Assembly: GCF_006345805.1 (NCBI RefSeq)
Contig: NW_021834603.1
Location: 1-46,741, forward strand
Source of the DNA: Octopus sinensis
Taxonomy: Eukaryota
Reading direction: 5' to 3'
DNA length: 46,741 nucleotides
The first letter of the stretch is position 1. Each line of letters opens with the position of its first letter. The notes beneath the pieces are model-generated. The model saw nothing but the letters and a program-made list of their open reading frames with translations. It was not told where the DNA came from and searched no databases. Below, piece after piece: positions 24,871 to 35,945 of this stretch. The translations under genes and the position numbers were made by a program.

Positions 24871-25344
24871 CAGGGAGGGAAATAAATATTTGCACATGTC
24901 AAAATTCTTTATTTAATTTCAAATGAACATAAATGGGATATACCAATACTATATTTGGATACACATGCATAAACTAAGAATATGCAAAAGAAACTAATAA
25001 ATTATAGTTACTAAGGAATTTATATACAATTATAAATATTTAGGGTTGAAAAAAGTATTCGTACAGAATAAATTTATGATTTTCTATGCCACAAAATACT
25101 GTTAATATAATTTCTTTTTACAAGAACTTTCTCGTTTGTTCCAATAATCTTATCAGTTGTCATTTTTAAGTGTCAAAACGCTAGCTTCTTCATTCGGCAC
25201 TGAGACAACATAAAGTAGTATCGTAATAATTGTGAAAGGTAACGAACTCCCAAATGTATGCAAATATAGTATCCCATTTCTGTTCATTTGAAATTAGATA
25301 AATAAAGAATTTTGACTTGTACGAATATTTATTTCCCCCCACTG
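24871..25344. mobile_element. Tc1/mariner-type MITE, 474 bp, ~95-bp imperfect TIRs, TA target duplication
   Basis: TA|CAGGGAGGGAAATAAATATTTGCACATGTCAAAATTCTTTATTT... and ...AAAGAATTTTGACTTGTACGAATATTTATTTCCCCCCACTG|TA. Confidence 0.88.
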
Positions 25345-25799
25345 TATATATGTTGTCCAATGAAAAATTTCTGTGCATTTTCATTCTTTTAATACACTTT
25401 ACTACAATTCACAACAGGCAAGAAGATTTTTTATAGAATCTTTTCACTATGTGTGTGAGTGTGTGTGTGTAAACGTGCGCACGCGCATGTGTTCTATGTA
25501 AAACATTGTGTATGTTTTCAAAAGTTGAAATTTTCAAGAATATTTTCTCCTATTTCTAAGCTATTAAAAAAGAAAGATTAAACTTTAGAATAAATAGAAT
25601 TCCTTTTTCTCCGATTTTTCATTGATGTGTGTGTATGTGATTGCGTGTGTGTGTGTTGTGTGTATGTTTGTCTGTATGCTTGTATATAAATATGTATATA
25701 TATATATATAGTTTGTGTGTGTGTGTGTATGTGTGTGTATTCTCTTATTCTTTTATATGCTTCAGCCCTGAGGCTGTACCCATGCTCCGGCACCGCCAG

Positions 25800-26935
25800 T
25801 GTAATCACCTTTTAATTCGCCATTTCTATGGGATTGGCTTTTGGTGAAGGAGGGAGTTCGATACCGCAACCCTCTTCTGAGATTCCTGCCTTGATATTGG
25901 TTCATCTGGGATCTTGTGAAGCAAGAGGTCAAGCTGTTTCTTGTAAATATCTATACCCACTCCATGGAGATCCCTCAGAAGATTTGGCAAGGAGTTAAAT
26001 GGCTGTGGCCCTTGAATGCTAAGCTATTGCAGTACATGGTTCTCACCTTAGATGGGACAGCTGGGACTTTTGGAACAGTGCAGTGATGTCCAGTTCGTGG
26101 TCTGGTATAACTTTCAATTCCAAAGTTTGGTGTCAGCTCCTGCTGCATCTTCCATACATACATCACTGCATACCTCTCCTGTCTTCGCTCCAGATGGTAG
26201 AGTCGAACCTCTTTCAGTCTCTTCCGCTAGCTCAGCTGTTTCATTGATGCAGTCTTCCTCGTTAAGTATCGCTGAACTGCCTGCTATTAATGCGAGCTGG
26301 CAGAAACGTTAGCACGCCAGGCGAAATGCGTAGCCGTATTTCGTCTGCCGCTACGTTCTGAGTTCAAATTCCGCCGAGTTCGACTTTGCCTTTCATCCTT
26401 TCGGAGTAGATAAATTAAGTACCAGTTACGCACTGGGGTCGGTGTAATCGACTTAATCTCTTTGTCTGTCCTTGTGTGTCCCCTCTATGTTTAGCCCCTT
26501 GTGGGCAATAAAGAAATAAGAAACGTTAGCACGCTGGGCGAAATGCTTAGCGGCATTTCATCTGTCCTTACGTTCTGAGTTAAAATTCCGCCGAGGTCGA
26601 TTTTGTCTTTCATTCTTTCGGGGCCGATAAATTAAGTACCAGTGGTGTACTGGGGTCGATCTAATCGACTGGCTCCTTCCTAAAAAATTTCGGGTCTTGT
26701 GCCTAGAGTAAAAAAGAGGAACCACAGTTGAGAGCAGTAAGGGGACCACAGTTGAGAGCAGTAGTCAAGATGGCTGGGGGCAAATATCTTCCATAGGACC
26801 AGCATAGTTTCCTGGTCTCTTGTTCTGAAGGTTCTCAGGATCCATCTGGCCATTTACCTGCACACTGATAACATCTTGGTAACATGCGTGTGAAACGAGG
26901 CATCGTTGCTCATATCAATCCCAAGATCACGCACC
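25800..26935 (-). mobile_element. Decayed CR1/L2-group LINE, 3' part of ORF2, interrupted by two SINE B copies
   Basis: VRDLGIDMSNDASFHTH...WILRTFRTRD...LDYCSQLWSPY (26935-26737), then AVQRYLTRK...RLYHLERRQERYAVMYVWK...GPQPFNSLPNLLR...LDLLLHKIPDEP (26275-25890). Confidence 0.88.
26291..26716 (+). mobile_element. SINE B1 + B2 tandem nested in the LINE
   Basis: Junction AAAGAAATAAG|AAACGTTAGCAC at 26520/26521. Confidence 0.9.
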
Positions 26936-28558
26936 GTATATATATATACACATACTAATTCACATACATATATATATATATTATACACACATATATACAT
27001 ATGCATACATATATATATATATACACACATATACATATATCTATATACGTATGCATACACATCATATATATTTATTTATATATTTACATTAAGACAGTGC
27101 CAATATTTCTAGCAAGGAGGCTTTAGTATACAATGAAACAAGATGGAGTATTATATTACCAAACGCATCAACGGATTGTTTTATTTTGTTTTGTTTTTTT
27201 CTTATCTCTTTATTCATTTATTTATTTTGACATCTTCAACTTTATCAGGTCGGACACTGATGGATGATTGACATTTACACTTTGTCATTTTCACCTAATC
27301 TCTCTTTTGTTCCTTGTATTCTATTTCCATCACCTTGTAAACCAAAATAAAAAAATATATATATAAATATATCCTTTCGTCTCATTTGTTTCATATTGTT
27401 GTTGCTTTTTCCTTCCATCGTTGTTGCTGTTGCTGCTGTTATTGCGGATGCTGTTGTCGTTATTGATGATGACTACGATGATTATGATGTTGTTGTTGTT
27501 GTTGTTGTGTCTAATAATCTCTCCAAGTTATTTCAGTCCCCCCCTCCCCCCGTCCTCCGCCCTCATGAAGTCAGTTCTGATCATACAAATCTCCTTTCAA
27601 ATACGTTCCCGCAATAAATAACGAAAATATTTCTGAATTTTCTCTTCTCCGTTGTTGCTTTTTTTTTTTTTTTCGGGCTTTGTATATATAAAAGACGGCG
27701 TTATAAAACGTGAACACTTTCGAAAATGGAAAGAAAATAATTCTTACAGCGCTGGTAATTAATTTGAGGGAAGAGTTGATTCCTATTTCTAGCTCCTAAA
27801 CCGACTATGAAGAGTCTGACTTGTTTCATTTGCATCGCTGTTTTTCGCTAATTGAATAAATTTGTCCGCTTACAAAAGAGAATTGAACGCCAAATGGCGA
27901 GGATGAATACGGGTAGCATTATTTTTGATCCTAGGTGTGTTCGATCAGGGCATTGCCTAGGGCTAAACACCATCACAAACAAGAACGGCAATAGCATACG
28001 CGCACACACATGCAAACACACACACACGCACATTCATACGCACTCACACATGGAAAACATATACACTCCGTAACAACTCAATCCATAGAATATCTGATTA
28101 CTTATATAAACGAAGAGAGGGTGGGAGGGTGGGGAGGAACGGAGGGAGAGAGAGAGAGAGACAGAGATAGAGGAGAGACTGCCAGACAGACATAGAATGT
28201 GTGTGTGTGTGTGCTGTGGGTGTGCGTGCGTGCGTGTAGTGCATACAGATGCACGCACAGAGAAACGCACACACACACACACAGATGCATTCACTTTCAT
28301 ATCCACACGTGTCACACTCAGCGTGATCGTCACAAGAGATGGTAAGACGATTGAAAAGCCAAGCTTTTCAGCGAATGTTTGAGCATTTACTCCCCACCCC
28401 CTCACATACACACATACAATCTCTCAGCAAACTCTCTCCTTGTATGGAGGTGAGAAAGTGTTTATTCAGTAGAGTGAAAAACAGTGATTGGTTGTACATT
28501 ATTTATATTATTTACATTATTTATATTTGACGGATATTTGTCATCTTGTTTGTTGTTA

Positions 28559-28602
28559 ACACAACGTTTCGGCTGATATACCCTCCAGCCTTCATCAGGT
28601 GT
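28559..28602 (-). ncRNA. Minimal type-I hammerhead ribozyme, core and all stems intact, in a PLE-type terminal repeat (28526-28638)
   Basis: ACAC-CTGATGA-A-GGCTG-GAGGGTATAT-CAGCC-GAAA-CG-TT-GTGT: 4-bp stem I, 5-bp stem II, palindromic AACGUU, GUU cleavage triplet. Confidence 0.85.
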
Positions 28603-28667
28603 CTTGAGGAAATTTCGAACCTAGGTTTACATTCCTAATAATAATAATATTAATAATAATAATAATA

Positions 28668-28698
<31 letters not shown>

Positions 28699-28755
28699 CA
28701 ATAATAATAATAACAACAACAACATCGAAAAATACCACAACGACCAGAAAATTAA

Positions 28756-28996
28756 AAATGTAAAAGGACTAAATGGAACCGGGAAGAATATAAAGAAATA
28801 ATAAATGCTTATTACTTTGCATTAAATAGGCCAACCCAACAGAAACACACCGCAAACTCCAAAAGAATTTGGAGGAGCCGGAATTCAGCTAGCAGACCAA
28901 ACCTGGATGAAAACAGATTAGCAAATGTTAGAATAATCTGCCCTAAGTATACGGAAAACACTCGGCGAGAAACGGAAGAAAATTTAAAGAAAGAAG

Positions 28997-28998
<2 letters not shown>
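28756..28998 (+). mobile_element. R4/Dong-like LINE ORF N-terminal fragment (no ATG, so absent from the ORF track)
   Basis: Open frame from 28765: RTKWNREEYKEIINAYYFALNRPTQQKHTANSKRIWRSRNSASRPNLDENRLANVR; resembles the RxKWxxEE..YY...WR..N..RP..D.N.LAN.R N-terminal region of REL LINEs as recalled; flanked by (AAT)n. Confidence 0.6.
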
Positions 28999-29051
<53 letters not shown>

Positions 29052-29055
<4 letters not shown>

Positions 29056-29161
29056 TCGAAAAAATACCTTAGGAATGAGAACCCAGGTTCGAAATTTCCC
29101 CAAGACACCCGATGAAGACTGGAGGGTATATAACAAGATGAGGACAAATATCCGTCAAAAT
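29052..29161 (+). mobile_element. Second, inverted copy of the 28526-28638 terminal repeat with the ribozyme 3' half deleted
   Basis: TTAGGAATG...GGTTCGAAATTTCC..AAGACACCCGATGAAGACTGGAGGGTATAT|AACAAGATG..GACAAATATCCGTCAAA. Confidence 0.85.
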
Positions 29162-30079
29162 TTAAGACTGGATGACATAGACCAGAGGAAAACAAGACGA
29201 TGATAGTGAGTTCCAGAGAGCAACAGTTTGAAGAAAGAAGCTATTAGAATACAATGACTTTCGGCTAACAGGAAGCTCAACAAACCAACAATGTGTCTGG
29301 GAAGAGAAGAGGGTTACACGTTTAAAGGTCTTGACAAGTCTATTAGAGCAGAAAGTTCATCAGAGCAACGACCATGGAAATACAGAAATGACAACGAAGA
29401 TCCATTTCGGAGATGAGCCAATGACTCCAGCCTTATAGAAAAAAATAGAAGACTCACCATGTTAACAGTTTATTTCTGACTCGTCGGATGAAATAATGAG
29501 GGAGATTTGATAGAATTGAAATAAATTTTGTGAAGATTCTTTCATTTTCTTCTATACGATTTTAATGAAATAACTTGCTTCTGGAAGAAATACTGTGAAC
29601 ATTGTAGAATTTATCGTTCCTTACGGAGTCATAGCATTATTAGGTTTTTTTCTTTTCTTTTTGATTTTTAAAGAAAGAAGTTAAACTCTATTCATATATC
29701 GTAATCTATTTCTTTTACCTGATGCAATCATTCGAATGAGATCATGCAGGGGCACAGCCCTGTAGGGTTTAAACAAAGAAGCTGACCCCGGTACTATTTT
29801 TAAGTACTGACACTTATTCTATCAGTATCTATTGCTGAACCGCTGTGTTACAGGATTGTATACAAACCAACATCAGCTGTCTAGCGGTGGCGAGGAGTAA
29901 CAAACACACACACGCTCACACACAACGAGAATTCACTCACTTATTTTATCGGTTCTCTTTTGTCGAACTGCCAAGTTACGGGGACGTAACTTGGCAGTTC
30001 GACAAACAGACACACACAAGATTCATCATTCTTTCCTCCGTCAGTTTCGGAGGTCAAGCATGAAGGTCATGAGTGCCGC

Positions 30080-31290
30080 ACAAAGCCAGCAATTTCGTAC
30101 GAGTTGATAAGTCGATTACATCGATCTGTGTTCAGCTGGGACTTATTTTATCGATGCCGATAGATGAAAGGCAAATTCGGCGGAAGTTGAACTCAGAACG
30201 TAACGGCAGACGAAATACGTCTACGCATTTCGCCCGGCGTGCAAACGATTCTGCCAGCTAGCCGCTTTTGTTCCTTCTCGAGCCATGCCAGGTTCATAAG
30301 GGCCAGTTTCCTGATTTCAGTGGCGTAGAAATTCCCCACCTAGACGGGACGCCGGTCTGTTGCAGGATTACTCATTTTTGCCAGCTGAGTGGACTGGAGC
30401 AACATGAAAATGAAGTGTTTTGCTCAAGAACACAACGCATCGCCCTTTCCAGGAATCGAAACCACAACCTTGCGATCATGAGTTCAACACCCTAACCACT
30501 ATGCCACGCGCCTCCACAAGGCGGACGAAATGCCGCTAAGCATTTTTTTCCGGTGTGTGCTAACGATTCTGCTAGTTTGCCGGCTTGAAGAATTAAAAAT
30601 TATTGAAAACATTTCTTTTCTTGACAAGATATAAAATAATTTTGATCGCAATTAATAAATTAAGTTTCCATCGAAGAGAAAAAATGTTGTCGATATTGCT
30701 AGCGATAATATGGCAGTGACCAGACAACATCGTGGGGCATCGGAAAAACATTTCCTTGCAGTGTTTCTCCCGGGATTTCACATTCTGAGTTCAAATACCC
30801 CTCGAGGCAAACTTTACCGTTCGTCGTTTCGATATAATCGACTAACCTTCTACCAAATAATGTCGGTCTTGGGCCAAAATTTAAAGGCAATATTGTTGAT
30901 AATATTTGCTGAGTTATATTTCGTCTGTCTTTACGTTCTGTGTTTAAATTCCACCAAGGTTACCTTTGGCTTTCATCCTTTCGAGGTCGATAAATTGAGT
31001 ACCAGTTGTGTACTGGGGTCGATCTAATTGACTGGCCCTCTCTAAAAACATTTCAGGCCTTGTACCTAGATTATAAAAACATATTTACTGAGTTCAAGGC
31101 GGCGAGCTGACATAATCGTTTTACCGCGCCGGGCAAAATTTTTATACGCATTTCGTCCGTCTTTACGTTCAGAGTTCAAATTCTGCCGAAGTCGACTTAC
31201 CTTATCCTTTCGAGGTCGACAAAAAAAGTACCAGTTTGAGCGCTGGGTTTAGTCTCTTCACTGAAACTGTTGGCCTCGAACCAATATTGG
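30080..31290. mobile_element. Cluster of five diverged SINE B copies in both orientations
   Basis: Repeated GTTCTGAGTTCAAAT / TTCATCCTTTCGAGGTCG / CTGCCAGCT motifs. Confidence 0.8.
30275..30520 (-). mobile_element. Chimeric SINE: family C head with family D tail
   Basis: Minus strand: tRNA-like head, TCCAGTCCACTCAGCTGGCAAAAATGAGT, then CTGCAACAGACCGGCGTCCCGTCTAGG...GAAATCAGGAAACTGGCCC. Confidence 0.8.
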
Positions 31291-31814
31291 AAGCCAATAT
31301 TTGCTGAGTTAACGAAAATATTTGTGTGTGTGTGTGTGTTTTGTTCCACATATTTATATTCAGAGTATCATTATTGTTAATATTTATTATTGTTCTTGTT
31401 TCCATTCATATATCAAATATTTTACTGCGTGACGTAAAAACCATACGAACATTTAAATGAAATTCTTCGTATGAATACTTGTTTCCACCCAGCGCCATTT
31501 TAATTACGAATTATTACCGAATATTATTTATATGCAATGAATTACGGTTGAAGATCGTTCTTACCTTCTAATTACAGACAATAGAAGGAATTTAGATGAA
31601 TTTAGATGAACGTGTCAAAATGCCATGGAATGAGAGACAACTTGGAATTCATTCTACAGTCTCGGTCTTCATGCATAGAAAACCAAGCATGACATCACAA
31701 ATAAACCATTTTCTACGTTCAGTAACCACAGAAGCTATTCAAAAGTTTGAAACAAAAACTTGAATCGTTCACGTATAAAATGTACTGTAATGCGACAGAA
31801 TTATGTCAAAACAG

Positions 31815-32010
31815 ACAATGGCACTCTGTCGGTTACGACGACGAGGGTGCCAGATGGTCCGATCAATGGAACAACCTGTTCGTGAAAGTAACGTGCAAGG
31901 GATTGAGCACTCCACAGACACTCGTACCCTTATGATATTTCTTTGGGAAATTCAGCGTGACATAATGTGACAAGGCTGGCCCTTTGAAATACAGGAACTA
32001 CTCATATTTG
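31815..32010 (-). mobile_element. SINE family C, 3' half
   Basis: GGCACTCTGTCGGTTACGACGACGAGGG...GAGCACTCCACAGACAC...GGCTGGCCCTTTGAAATACAGG. Confidence 0.85.
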
Positions 32011-32098
32011 AATTATGTCACATCAGAAGGAAAGTGCAAATCAAGTCAACGAAAGAGTTCCATACAATGGCTCAAACTGCTAATAATATGTTCTACAT

Positions 32099-32428
32099 AA
32101 ACGGTTGACAACGGCATCCATATAAGATTTTTGCGGGTCCACTCAAGTAAATAGCAAATTAGGGATCCACAGTCGTACATGAAAAAGTCTTGCTTTAGAA
32201 TCATTTCTTGTAAGAATCAGCTAGATTTATTTCTATAACGTTTTACTTAGTTCAACCAACACAAGTTAATGTGTAGGAAAAGCAAAATAGGCATTTTGAA
32301 AAAAAAACCCAAAAAACTAGCTTATAAGCATCAAATGGCGATGGGAATCCACCAAAATAAAATAGTAATCAAAGGGGTCCATAGACAAAAAAAAAAAAAA
32401 CAAAAACAAATATGGTCGGGAACCTCTG
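32099..32428. mobile_element. Probable hAT-type MITE, 330 bp, 8-bp TSD
   Basis: Right end reads CAGAGGTTCCCGAC on minus; left end AAACGGTTGACAAC is degenerate; flanks TTCTACAT (32091-32098) and CTCTACAT (32429-32436); internal GGGTCCAC/GGGATCCAC/GGGGTCCAT motifs. Confidence 0.55.
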
Positions 32429-32785
32429 CTCTACATAGTCGCTCGACCTACAAGTAATAGAAGTCAAATTTCCACGAGATAACGAAGTAACCTGTACGTT
32501 GTCGTTTGGTTTTCTCGTAATGGCAACAACATATTTGACAAAAACCACCATGACACTTTTCAGAAACGGACACATATATTGGATAGTATAATCAATGATT
32601 AAAAAGAAAAACAAATCCTCGGATGATCACTGCTAGATCATCTTCGATCATTGGTCGAATCGATCAGAATTTACACGCTGGCAACAAGAATAACAACAAC
32701 TTCATGTTCAGAAACATACGAAAACATCTACATCGGATGTAATCTCAGCAACCTTCATATTTTATGTTATTTATTTATATAAAGG

Positions 32786-33098
32786 TGGAGGTGCAATGGC
32801 CCAGTGATTAGGGCAGCAGACTCACGGTCGAAGGATCGTGGTTTCGATTCCCAGACTGGGCGTTGTGTGTGCTTATTGAGCGAAAACACCTAAAGCTCCA
32901 CGTGGCTCCGGCAGAGGGTGGTGGCTACCCCTGTTGTACTCTTTCGCCCCAACTTTCTCTCACTCTTTCTTCCTGTTTCTTGGGTAACGCTGCGATGGAT
33001 TGGCGTCCCGTCCATCTGGGGAGAACACATATGCCACAGAAACCGGAAAACCAGGCCCATGAGCCTGGCTAGGCTTGAAAAGGGTGCATAAATAATAA
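32786..33098 (+). mobile_element. SINE family D (tRNA head; tail resembling Meta/V-SINE domain), 13-bp TSD
   Basis: TGGCCCAGTGATTAG...GGTTTCGATTCCC head; CTGCGATGGATTGGCGTCCCGTCC...GCCACAGAAACCGG tail; ATTTATATAAAGG at 32773-32785 and 33099-33111. Confidence 0.85.
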
Positions 33099-33108
33099 AT
33101 TTATATAA

Positions 33109-33530
33109 AGGCAGCGAGCTGGCAGAAACGTTAGCACGCCGGGTGAAATACTTAGTTCTGATTTCAAATTCCGTTGAGGTCGACTTTGCCTTTCATCCTT
33201 TCGGGGTCAATAAATTAAGTACCAGTTGCGTACTGAGGTCGATTTAATCAACTAGACCCTCCCACCAAATTTCGGGCCTTGTGCCTAGAGTAGAAAAGAT
33301 TATTGATCTTTATAAAGGCGGTGAGCTGGCAGAAACGTTAGCACGCCAGGCGAAATGCTTAGCGGCATTTCGTCTGTCTTTATGTTCTGAATTCAAATTC
33401 CGCCGTGCTCGGCTTTGCCTTTCATCCTTTCGGGGTCGATAAATTAAGTACCAATAAAACACTGGGGTCGGTGCAACTGACTAGTCGCCTCCTCACAAAT
33501 TTCAGGCCCTGTGCCTTTAGCAGAAAGAAT
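33109..33530 (+). mobile_element. Two SINE B2 copies in tandem
   Basis: AAGGC.GCGAGCTGGCAGAAACGTTAGCAC twice; B2 tails TTTC(G/A)GGCC(T/C)TGTGCCT. Confidence 0.88.
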
Positions 33531-34012
33531 TATTTATATATTTATTTATCTATTTTATAAATAGAGTTATAAGCCTTCCCAGTATATTGACAAGAAACCC
33601 GTGAAAACGAGATTTATATGCCTATGTAATAATGTCCCCTTTTCTCCCGTTACGTGTGTTTATATATATATCCTAACAGATTATTTTCTATAGTCAATAT
33701 AGAGTGAAAGCTTATAAATTTATTAGCAAATTTTCAATCGCCACCGTTTCCTAAATCACGCACAATCCGCTTTCTTATATGCTTATGTTCTAGTATTACG
33801 CAGCGTGCACCAAAGAAATAAATAATAAATAAACATTTTAAGAATTGTTCTGAAAGATGAAAGCGGTGCGTACATGTAGTTTTTATGAAGATAAACATAA
33901 GAAGGTGAAATAAAGAAATTTAAGGACATTTCAAATAAAGGTCTTAGCAATTTTAGTTTAATTTCAGAGCAAGTTCCTTTCAGCTCGAGCCAATTCTACC
34001 CACGTAGAGACT

Positions 34013-34435
34013 TTCTTTATTACTCACAAGGGGCTAAACATAGAGGGGACAAACAACGACAGACAGAGGTATTAAGTCGATTACATCGACCCCAGTGCGT
34101 AACTGGTCCTTAATTTATCGACCCCGAAAGGATGAAAGGCAAAGTCGCCCTCGGCGGAATTTGAACTCAGAACGTAACGACAGACGAAATACGGCTACGC
34201 ATTTCGCCCGGCGCGTTAACGTTTCTGCCAGCTCGCCGCTTTTGTTTCTACTCTTGGCACAAGGCTCGAAATTTTGGGGGAGGGGGCCAGTTGATTAGAT
34301 CGACCCCAGTACGCAACTGGTACTTAATTTATCGACCCCGAAAGGATGAAAAGCAAAGTCGTCCTCAGCGGAATTTGAACACAGAACGTAACGGCAGACG
34401 AAATATGGGTACGCTTCTGCCAGCTCGCCGCCTTA
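34013..34435 (-). mobile_element. SINE B2 + B1 tandem
   Basis: Two CTGCCAGCTCGCCGC heads on plus; B1 tail at 34013-34080. Confidence 0.9.
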
Positions 34436-34477
34436 CAGACTTACGTTATTGCACAGATACAACTACGCCAGGACACA

Positions 34478-34525
<48 letters not shown>

Positions 34526-34594
34526 ATAATATGTACGTGTAGTTCACCATATTTTATTCCGTTCCCATAGCTATATTCAACAGACATACGAAAA

Positions 34595-34690
34595 CTAAAT
34601 AACTAATTATTATTATTATTATTTACTATTAGTATGCATATGAGTCCTTGTGGCTAATAAAGAAAGAAATATTATTGTTATTGTTTTTGC

Positions 34691-34756
<66 letters not shown>

Positions 34757-35060
34757 TGTAATTATTGTTGTTATTGTTGTTGTTGTTGCTGTTCGTTCCC
34801 CTTGTTTTCCTTTTTACATCCTTCTCCTGCCTCATACATCACTACATGTCAAGTGAAGCTTTCGTACGGTGTCGACATTTAAATATTCTGACATTGCTAT
34901 TCACATATGGAGATCAACTTCCTCAAAAAAGATCCAGCCAGCTTTGTCTTCTTCTTCCTCCTACTCCCCCCTCCTCTTCTTTGTCTTCTTCTTCTTCTTC
35001 TTCTTCTTCTTCTTCTTCTTCTTCTTCTTCTTCTTCTTCTTCTTCTTCTTCTTCTTCTTC
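34595..35060. repeat. (TTA)n/(TTG)n tract (~34600-34790) and (TCT)n tract (~34985-35060)
   Basis: Direct reading. Confidence 0.95.
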
Positions 35061-35719
35061 GCCCACTCGATTAGTTCTACCTTTTCTTTTCTTGTTTTTG
35101 TTTTTCTTTTTTGTTTTCCCCCCCTCCTGAAATTGCGAGATCTTGTTTTCATTTCTGTTGGGCGAACGATATATGATATGAGCTGGAGACAATTCCACTA
35201 AAATAGTTTGACATTGATGTGGAGAACTAATAAACCGTGCAAGAACAGGAATTCCCCGTGTTTTTAGTTTTAGATTTAACGCCCTAACAATGTATTATTT
35301 CTTGGTTATTTTAACTCGTCTAACTAACCGTCTGTTGCTCTGTGCTTTTAGGGGTTTGGGGGTTTGCTTGTCGTTCAGTTTATGTGACTGTATTTGATTG
35401 TTCGTGTATGTTATTCTTCATGAATATGCTCAAATATGATTAAGTATGGCTGGGTGGTTTATGAAGTTCGCCCCACAAGCATGCGCCCTCACGTTCGATC
35501 CCGACATGTGGCATTTTGGGTAAGCAAGTGTCTCCTATAAGTGTAATTGATTAACCTGACGTTGCGTGGTAGCCACGATGGACTGTGCCAATTATCCAAA
35601 AGACCAGTCATGGTGCACGCTAACACTTTGATTCGGCCTTACACTTTGAGGGTAAACGAGCTTATGGGATGCTCAGTTACTTATATTGTAGATCAATGAG
35701 GTGTTGATAGAGTGAGCAC

Positions 35720-35945
35720 CTTCCTGAGCCATGAGGCCAGAAGGCCGTTTACCTGGATTCTGTGGCGTACGTATCTCCGCCCCCACCATCTCACAGTGGA
35801 CTGGACGCTGCTCCTCGAAGGATGACTAATTTTTACCAGCTGAGTGGACTGGGGCAATAAAGTGAAATGAAGGGTTTTGCCCAAGAACTCAATGCATCAC
35901 CCGGTCCATAAATATTGAAACCACTCTCATGAGTGCAATGCCCCA
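35720..35945 (-). mobile_element. Diverged chimeric SINE (C head, D tail)
   Basis: CCAGCTGAGTGGACTGG...GCCCAAGAAC; layout as 30275-30520. Confidence 0.65.

Noticed and set aside
29170-29480. Possible RTE-like LINE remnant (KTMIV motif)
   Set aside because: Only one short motif; no supporting YLG or other RT residues in frame
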